DNA from: Tubiluchus corallicola
Lineage: Eukaryota > Animalia > Priapulida
Length of the DNA: 19,331 nt
Direction of reading: 5' to 3'
Assembly: GCA_030141605.1 (NCBI GenBank)
Contig: JAQGDQ010001956.1
Coordinates: forward strand, 1 to 19,331
Shown: positions 12,700-19,331 of the stretch, piece by piece
How the letters are laid out: every line of letters begins with the position of its first letter
Position numbering within the stretch: position 1 is the first letter of the stretch
The notes under the pieces: model-generated
What the model was told of the DNA's origin: nothing
Databases searched by the model: none
What the model saw: the letters and a program-made list of their open reading frames with translations, nothing else
Made by a program: the position numbers and the translations under genes

Positions 12700-12862
12700 A
12701 ATTTTACAGAGCACAGCATGCGATGCCCATCACGGCTTGCTGCCACTTGTAAGCCATTCTATTGGTTTGCTTAAAAAAAATGCAGCAGTTTTCATTGTTT
12801 TTATATTAAGGTTGCATAAAGTTATGACTCCATGTGTGCATAATCCGGGATCTGTAATGCGT

Positions 12863-13096
12863 GAAGCCATGCGTATTAACAGAAGCTGTGCGTATTAACA
12901 GACGCTATGCGTATTAACAGAAACTATGCGTATTAACAGAAGCCATGCGTATTAACAGAAGCTATGCGTATTAACAGAAGCTATGCGTATTAACAGATGC
13001 TAGGCATATTAACAGAAGCCATGCGTATTAACAGAAGCCATGCGTATTAACAGAAGCTATGCGTATTAACAGAAACTATGCGTATTAACAGAAGCT
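12863..13096. repeat. 19-bp minisatellite, 12 full copies
   Basis: Consensus GAAGCYATGCGTATTAACA with strict 19-bp period. Confidence 0.97.
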
Positions 13097-13115
13097 TTTA
13101 TGTTTGCGTTTCTAG

Positions 13116-13226
13116 TGGCGATTTGTAAGTCAAATCCATGTCAACACGACAGTGACTGTATCATCTTGAACAATCATCCAACATGCATTTGCTCCAGGAG
13201 GTACACAGGTGTCAACTGCGAATCAG
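13116..13226 (+). CDS. Internal exon, EGF-like domain 6 (non-calcium-binding)
   Basis: tttctag| acceptor and G|gtaaaa donor; 111 bp, phase 1-1; VAICKSNPCQHDSDCIILNNHPTCICSRRYTGVNCES; lacks the D-I-D-E prefix. Confidence 0.9.
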
Positions 13227-13244
13227 GTAAAACGTTTACGAATT

Positions 13245-13510
13245 GAGTAGAATTATTATTTGATCTGTGCAACAACATTTGTAAAGTGAGTAGTGTGTTT
13301 GATTGATCTCTGCAACGGCTGCTGTAAAGTGAGTAGTATGGTCAGTTGGTCTCCGCAACAACATCTGCAGAATGAGTAGTACAGCTAACTGTCTGTCCGT
13401 AAGAGATTCGTAAAATGAGTAGTATGGTCACTTGGTCTCTACAGTAACATCTGTAGAATGGGTAGTATGGGCGTTTGGTCTCTGCAACAACATCTGTAGA
13501 ACAAGTAGTA
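13245..13510. repeat. Degenerate 43-bp minisatellite, about 6 copies
   Basis: gagtag-like anchor at 13245, 13288, 13331, 13374, 13417, 13460 and 13503; consensus GAGTAGTATGGTCAGTTGGTCTCTGCAACAACATCTGTAGAAT. Confidence 0.85.
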
Positions 13511-13749
13511 GAACTAACAGTAGTAGTAGAACGCTTTTGACCATTGTCCAGTTCAGCTAACTTCCTTGCATCCTAACCCCAAATGCCCCAACACCTCCTT
13601 GTAAGATATATGGTTTTAAGTATGCCTAGCGAGTACTACACATCCAGATGCCCAGACTTTTTGTAGTTTATCATACGCTCATTTCTTTGCTTTTGGACTA
13701 GAAGGTTCTATTATGCCGGCACGTAATGATTTAATGCTTTTCTGCTTAA

Positions 13750-14110
13750 AGAAAGACAGGATGCTTTTTTATGTATTACACAATTTTCAAGTACGGGAAA
13801 AGTATACATTTTTACACCAATGATACTGCAAAAGCGTTTCTGATAATTAAATAATAGATTCAAATCTCAATTAATGGAGGGCGAGTCCAACTATTCATGA
13901 CATCGCAAACTAACATAATTTTCAACATCAAAAGCATTCCATGAGCATGTTGCACGTGTTTGCAAAAGCGAAAATTGTGTGTTCAGTGTGTTGTGTTAAA
14001 ACTAGGTAAATTTTAAGATGAAAATTCAAATTTCAAGTTTACCGCATGAGCTGTCGAACGTGTGTAGTTCATCAGAAACTAACACATCTGAACGGAGAGG
14101 TACTTTTTTG
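13750..14110 (+). mobile_element. Left part of a Kolobok-like element
   Basis: TTAA|AGAAAGACAGGATG; homologous to 2984-3087 and to pieces of 17458-18545. End approximate. Confidence 0.6.
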
Positions 14111-14208
14111 AATTGAAGAACACCATTTGTTTATTTTATCAGATTAAGTTACTGATAGTACAATAATTTGGCTTGGTTTCGCATTCTCATGGTTTTGTTG
14201 TGTTTCAG

Positions 14209-14468
14209 AACTGGTTGAAGGACTTGTTGTCCTGAAACAGGAGAGCCTGAAGAAGTTTGCGGTTGCAGTTCGATGGAATTTTCTTATTTTTGCTCAGACA
14301 GTTTTGCCCGGAGTTACATTTCACTGCGACACGGGCGACCTGTTCTCTTTCGTGACACATTCGGACCAGTTTGTGGCAGCCGATTTGATTGATACGGCGC
14401 AGTTTGATATAACCATTGATCCCAGCTCGCCTGGTGTTGGTTTTCTGTTTCAACACACGTACAACAAG
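14209..14468 (+). CDS. Internal exon, N-terminal part of a divergent PKD-like domain
   Basis: tttcag| acceptor; open in phase 1: ELVEGLVVL...PGVTFHCDTGD...FLFQHTYNK. VTFHCDTGD resembles PKD 'xTYxWDFGD', and HTYNK joins the next exon to give HTYNKLGNYTI. The donor AAG|gttttt is weak, so the 3' boundary is less certain. Confidence 0.8.
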
Positions 14469-14537
14469 GTTTTTGCTTTGTTTTTCGTTCTTTCAGACGC
14501 AAGTTATTTTTACGGTGACGCTTGTTCAGTAGGTTTC

Positions 14538-14690
14538 GACCAGGCGGTTTAGTCTAGTGATAACGCATCTGCTTTCCGTCTGGGAGGTCGTGAGTTCGAA
14601 CCAGCGGCCGGGTCATACCAAAGACTTTAAAAATGGTACCGCTTTGCCCTGCCTGACGCCGTGGTATTTAGGGTAAAAGTGGGGTAATAA
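14538..14690 (+). mobile_element. tRNA-derived SINE with a Meta-like conserved domain
   Basis: Box A-like TAGTCTAGTGA (14550-14560) and box B GAGTTCGAACC (14592-14602), then GGCCGGGTCATACCAAAGACTTTAAAAATGGTAC, recalled as the Meta/MESC SINE core. May extend to the (ATT)n tail at 14972. Confidence 0.75.
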
Positions 14691-14786
14691 TACTCTCTGC
14701 TATGTAGTTGTAGATTGTTATTTACAGTCTACGATAATGTTAATGTTAATGTTAATTGTTGAGCCAAAAGTCGACTTTAAATAAAG

Positions 14787-14837
14787 ATTATTATTATTAT
14801 TATTATTGTTATTATTATGATTATGATTATGATTATG

Positions 14838-14935
<98 letters not shown>

Positions 14936-14972
14936 TACTATTATTATTTTTATTATTATTATTATTATTATT
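14787..14972. repeat. (ATT)n microsatellite with internal (ATTATG)n
   Basis: Direct inspection; preceded by AATAAAG. Confidence 0.97.
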
Positions 14973-15199
14973 GTAGGTCATTGAGAACTGGAGTTCCACA
15001 GAAATTTAATAATTATTTTGTTATGTTTGTATCCTGGTCCCATTTCCTGGTCATTGACTGTTTGTGTTTGTTTGTTATTATAGTATTTTTGTGGTTAAAA
15101 CAAATAAGTAAACATCGGAGTAAATAATAAATATATGTCTGTTTCAAATTAACCTAATGCAGACATTAAGAGAGAAAAAACGTTATGCCCTGCATAGTT

Positions 15200-15394
15200 T
15201 CAAAGATTATAATATTTATTCAGTAGATTTTGCCTTAGCGGGTCTCGTATCAGCTGAAAATAACAGCTATAATGTTAAAACAGTTATAATGTCAAAGATT
15301 ATAATATTTATTCAGTAGATTTTGCCTTAGCGGGTCTCGTATCAGCTGAAAATAACACAGCTATAATGTTAAAACAGTTATAATGTCAAAGATT
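15200..15394. repeat. Near-perfect tandem duplication, 92/94-bp units
   Basis: TCAAAGATT at 15200, 15292 and 15386; the units differ only by a 2-bp AC indel. Confidence 0.95.
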
Positions 15395-15409
15395 TGTGAT
15401 ATTAACTAA

Positions 15410-15540
15410 CTAACATTAACTAACTTTCCAAGATAATTATTCAAATATTAAAAACAATTGCTAATTTTTGTAGGTAAGAAAATGTGTTTTTTGTACAGTA
15501 AATTAAAATGAGATTGAGTCTAGTCTAGTCCAGCTTTCCT
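15410..15540. mobile_element. Right end of a Kolobok-like element
   Basis: Homologous to ~9210-9337; ends TCCAGCTTTCCT|TTAA. Confidence 0.6.
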
Positions 15541-16319
15541 TTAAGAAAACTACAATTACAATCAAAAACCCAACTACAATTAAGAAAAAATATTAATTGA
15601 AAAAATTTGCACTGGCAGGTTTTAAACTTAGTTGGTTCTTGTTCAAAATTGTTTTAATGCTCATTTTTTGTGACTAAGAACAAGCGTAAAGACTGCTGTC
15701 CATACTGCAATTTAGGCCTGCGCTGAAACTCTTTATCAGACAATCTTGATCCAAGCTAGATTTGCAATGTTAATAAGCCTTTTCACAGTTCCAGCGATTG
15801 ATGATGATCGTGAAAAGATCATAGGTTAAATGTAGTAGACAACGCATTTGTGTACACTTGACAACGCCTCGCAGCCGAAGCTGTTGTAATAGTAATAGTT
15901 TTACTAGCTAACTACAACATTACCTAGTTCATTTTTTCTTGTTCCCAAGCAAGATCCTGCTAGTAAATCACTCTATGCACAGACTAATGCATAATTAAGT
16001 AAAGCCACGTAAAACAACTCAAGTTACTGAACTGATGCGGCAGACCTGCTTTGCTTTACGTACATATCACATGACGGATCAGTTAAAATGTATTGTTGTG
16101 GTACACTTAACCTTTGACCTACAGCAACTGTGCATGCGTGCAACGAAGCTGTGAAAAAGATTATTGGTTTTAAATCTATTCAGTGTAATGATCTTGTGTT
16201 TTGTGAGTTCATTTATTGAAACATATATTTAAAATTGAAAAATTAATTTAAAATATTTTTCACATTGTAAAACATGTTTTGATTAGCTTGCAAACCAACT
16301 GTGTTGTTTGTTTCTGCAG

Positions 16320-16742
16320 TTAGGTAACTACACAATCAACATGATTGGCTCTGTAGAAGAGGAGGAATTTTGGTTTGCATCGACGGACGTAGAGGTCATT
16401 CCGACGGCGGGAGCGGAATGCTTGGTGGACGTCGAGGTCGTCAACATTGGTCACAATCTGTCCACGGTTGAGGAGCACCCGTTCAAGCGCTCGGACCCGT
16501 TGGTGGCTACGTCCATAGTGTACGACGATTGTCCCGACGAAATTCGGAGGACGTATAAGTGGGAGTTGTTCCTGATACACGATAAGCAACAGTTTCCACG
16601 CGAGGATAACCTTGTGGAGCTTCCTCGGAGCATAAGGGTTGATGACAAGTACATCAGGATTCCGGACTTTACGCTCCAGCAGGGAATTTACCTGATGCGC
16701 TTGAACGTCACGACGAACGGCGGAGATCATGGCGCTGATCAG
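16320..16742 (+). CDS. Internal exon, end of PKD domain and start of REJ module (polycystin-1-like)
   Basis: tttctgcag| acceptor and CAG|gtaact donor; 423 bp, phase 0-0, GC-richer than flanks. C..V.V...FKRSD...V.DDC....TYKWELF...IRIPDFTLQQGIYLMRLNV parallels the PKD1 REJ start as recalled (C..PEV...RRSQ...V...DC....EYRWEVY...LVLPRLALPVGHY.FVFVV). Confidence 0.88.
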
Positions 16743-16763
16743 GTAACTAAATAATGTATTAAA

Positions 16764-17318
16764 CTAGCAAAGGCCCCGCAGAAAATTTTGTGCATAAATA
16801 CACTTATAATCAAAAATACGTGAACATCCTACGTAGTACTCATTTACAGTGCAAAGCCAGCATCAGCTTTTACTGAATTAAAGTCATAGGCAGAGTATAA
16901 TCAATGACGTCAGAACAATGGCTTTGCGTCAGCAGTTTTCCAAGCGAAAATCGTGCAAAACGGAACCTCCAATTAACTCGTCACAGCTCTTCAGGAAGGA
17001 AGCGTCCAAAAATAAAGCCCACATCATCGTATAGCCCTGTTCTTCCTTTTTCTAAAGAGCTATGTATCTCCTTCCGAGAGTCCCACCACGTTTTTTCTGC
17101 AGGCTGTTTGGTCAAATTTCGTTGCGCGAGGCGAATGACGTTATGAGTACAGTCAGGAGGTTACCAAAGATCAGTAAACAAACATTGGTAACCAAAGACA
17201 GTTTCTGTACCTCGTACGTTATACTTGCTCACTGGCGCCAAGGACGCGAAACACGGGGCTCTTTACGGCAATGCACGCGTTCGAAGTTAGCCAGAAAAAG
17301 GTAAGTTATTTAATTTAT
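16764..17318 (-). mobile_element. Non-autonomous Helitron-like element, copy 2 (inverted)
   Basis: Reverse complement ends gcacaaaattttctgcggggcctttgCTAG|T; aligns by eye with 18775-19331 over its length and with 3460-3821. Confidence 0.75.
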
Positions 17319-17807
17319 GTCTCTTTTGTTTAATATTAACTATGAATTCTTTGTGTGATCATGTAAATGCGTTTAAAACACTTAAATGCTTGTTGGGGTT
17401 ACACATGCTTTTAAAAACAAAAGATAATACAGCCTTATCTTGTAGCTTCAATATTAAAGCAAAAACAGAATGATTTTTCATATCCTACCCCATTTTGAAG
17501 TATGGTAAAAATTATATTCAGTTATTTTCAGTTTGATTTTTTTATTATGCACTTATTATTACTGTGTATGAATTGTATTAACACGTTATAAGCATATCAA
17601 TTTAATGTCATTCGTAACAATTAATTTTTATTATAAGCAGTACTAACACTAACACACTGTAGCATAGCGCCTATAAAAAATGTTCATCACTAACCAAAGA
17701 GCAGCTGACTAGATGACCAATTGGTCTTTCGATGCCCTTTCTTCACATTTTTGTTTCCAAGTTAATTGTTTTATAACTGTGTGTGTGTTACAAGATAAAT
17801 AGAAAAG

Positions 17808-17852
<45 letters not shown>
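17808..17852. repeat. (ATT)n microsatellite
   Basis: Direct inspection. Confidence 0.95.
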
Positions 17853-17986
17853 TTACACTCTAACAAACATAATAATGCCAAAGTGTTCCTGATAATTAAA
17901 TAATATGTTAAAAACTTAACAGATGGCAGCCGAGCCCAACTAGTGACATCACAACTGAACATAATTTTCAATGCGTGTTGCACGTG

Positions 17987-18354
17987 TGTTGTGGAGATCA
18001 CTGGCATCTATTAGAATTAAATAGAACATTGTAGAATGTTCCGTTAGAATAATCGTTTTACCGTGTAGAATGTTCTAGAAAGAAACGTCTAGAATGTTCC
18101 CTGGCACCCTATATAAGGCAAAGCAGGCTGCTGAAAGACAGACATGCAGATTCACATGGCCACTTGCACATTCTCTTGTATACTTGTATTTTCAGATACA
18201 CTTAAACGTTTTCCAGATTTTCACATTTACTGTAATCCTTTCGTGTTCCTTCATACTTTTGTGTTGTAGAATTCTTGCTTAATAAACTAGTTTAATTTGA
18301 CGAAGTGTTTTCTGGTTTTCTCTACGAGCCTTCCGAGTGAAACACAACACAACA
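17987..18354 (+). mobile_element. Solo LTR, copy 2
   Basis: TGTTGT...ACAACA termini; collinear with 10954-11327; imperfect TSD ACGTG/CAGTG; inserted within the Kolobok-like copy. Confidence 0.85.
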
Positions 18355-18774
18355 CAGTGTGTTTGTGGTGAAAACGGACATTGTAGTAAAGTGCTACTGT
18401 AAGAGATTAACATTCATAACATACAATTGCACATTTTAAGTTTAAAATTCAAATTTCAAGTTTAGCCGTGTGCTTACGCACGAGCCCTCGAACATGTACA
18501 CTACGTTACATCCGACCATCCCTGAACAAAGGTACTTGTTTTTTTTGCAACTCGTTTCTGGGGTGCGGGCGCTAGTGCCCGTCAAACTAACGAATGGCAA
18601 AATGCACGTAACGGTCGAACTAACTACGGGAACACGAAATTACTTTTGTTGGTAATAATTCTTTAACGCAAGTCGTTATTAGAAAAATAGCACTTTCCTT
18701 TTCGATATTTTGTAGGGTAGATTGTTTTGAGTTATTAAAAATGCCTACTTGCTGTCCATATTTAAAAAAAATTA

Positions 18775-19331
18775 TAAATTAAATAACTTACCTTTTTCTG
18801 GCGAATTTTGAATACGAGCATTGCCGTAAAGATCGTCATGTTTCGCGTTTTTAACGTGTGTGGGCGAGAATGACGTACGTAATGCAGAAACGTCTTTGGT
18901 TATCGATGTTTGTTTACCGATCTTTGGTGACCTCGTAACTGTACTCATTACGTCATTCGTTTCGCACAAACGAAATTTGACCAAACAGCCTGCAGAAAAG
19001 CCATTCTAGCAGCGCCTGATAGGACTCTAGGAAGGAGATATATATAGCTCTTTAGAAAGAGCAGAAACAGGGCTACACAATGATGTGGACTGCATTTTAG
19101 GATGCTTCTACCGCGAGGAGCTGTGACGAGTTAATTGGAGGTTCCATTTCGGACGATTCTCGCTTGGAAAACTGTTGACGCAAAGCCATTCTTCTGACGT
19201 CATCCATCATACTCTGCCTACAGACTTATAACTTTAATTTAGTAAAAGCTGCTACTGGCTTTGCGTTATAGATGAGGACTATGTAGGATGTTCGCGTATT
19301 ATTGATTATAAATGTATTTATACGAAAATTT
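18775..19331 (+). mobile_element. Non-autonomous Helitron-like element, copy 3 (runs off the window end)
   Basis: Reverse complement of 16764-17318 with moderate divergence; the window ends inside the terminal hairpin (cgaaaattt). Confidence 0.75.

Larger units (their letters stand above)
17458..18545 (+). mobile_element. Degenerate Kolobok-like element interrupted by (ATT)n and a solo LTR
   Basis: TTAA|AGCAAAAACAGAATGATTTT; blocks shared with 13750-14110 (ctgataattaaataat, tgttgcacgtg, aaaattcaaatttcaagttta, aggtactt). Confidence 0.55.

Noticed and set aside
16320-16730. Antisense ORFs over the REJ exon
   Set aside because: Shadows of the + strand coding exon with no recognisable motifs.
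10954-18354. Full-length LTR retrotransposon bounded by the two LTRs
   Set aside because: Each LTR has separate flanking duplications, there is no PBS/PPT or gag-pol, and the interval holds host exons.
17062-18984. Similar short ORFs in repeat copies (17062/18772; also 11061/18094)
   Set aside because: The similarity only reflects DNA-level repeat homology; frames break between copies or show no protein motifs.

Overview
AT-rich eukaryotic (invertebrate animal) genomic DNA. The window holds eight internal + strand exons of one large gene whose start and end lie outside the window. Six symmetric phase-1 exons of 111-114 bp each encode one EGF-like domain (most of the calcium-binding type). 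Two further exons encode a divergent PKD domain and the start of a REJ module, so the product is an EGF-repeat polycystin-1/REJ-family protein. The introns are packed with non-autonomous elements, many with visible TIRs and TSDs: hAT, pogo/Tigger/Tc2-like, piggyBac-like and Kolobok-like MITEs, three Helitron-like copies, two solo LTRs and a tRNA-headed SINE. There are also long (CT)n/(GA)n/(ATT)n tracts and several minisatellites. The most unusual element is a ~550-bp TSD-flanked SINE built from a 5S rRNA head plus apparent 5' and 3' pieces of an RTE-clade LINE, inserted at the probable branch point of an exon. Family assignments come from recalled motifs, not from database searches.
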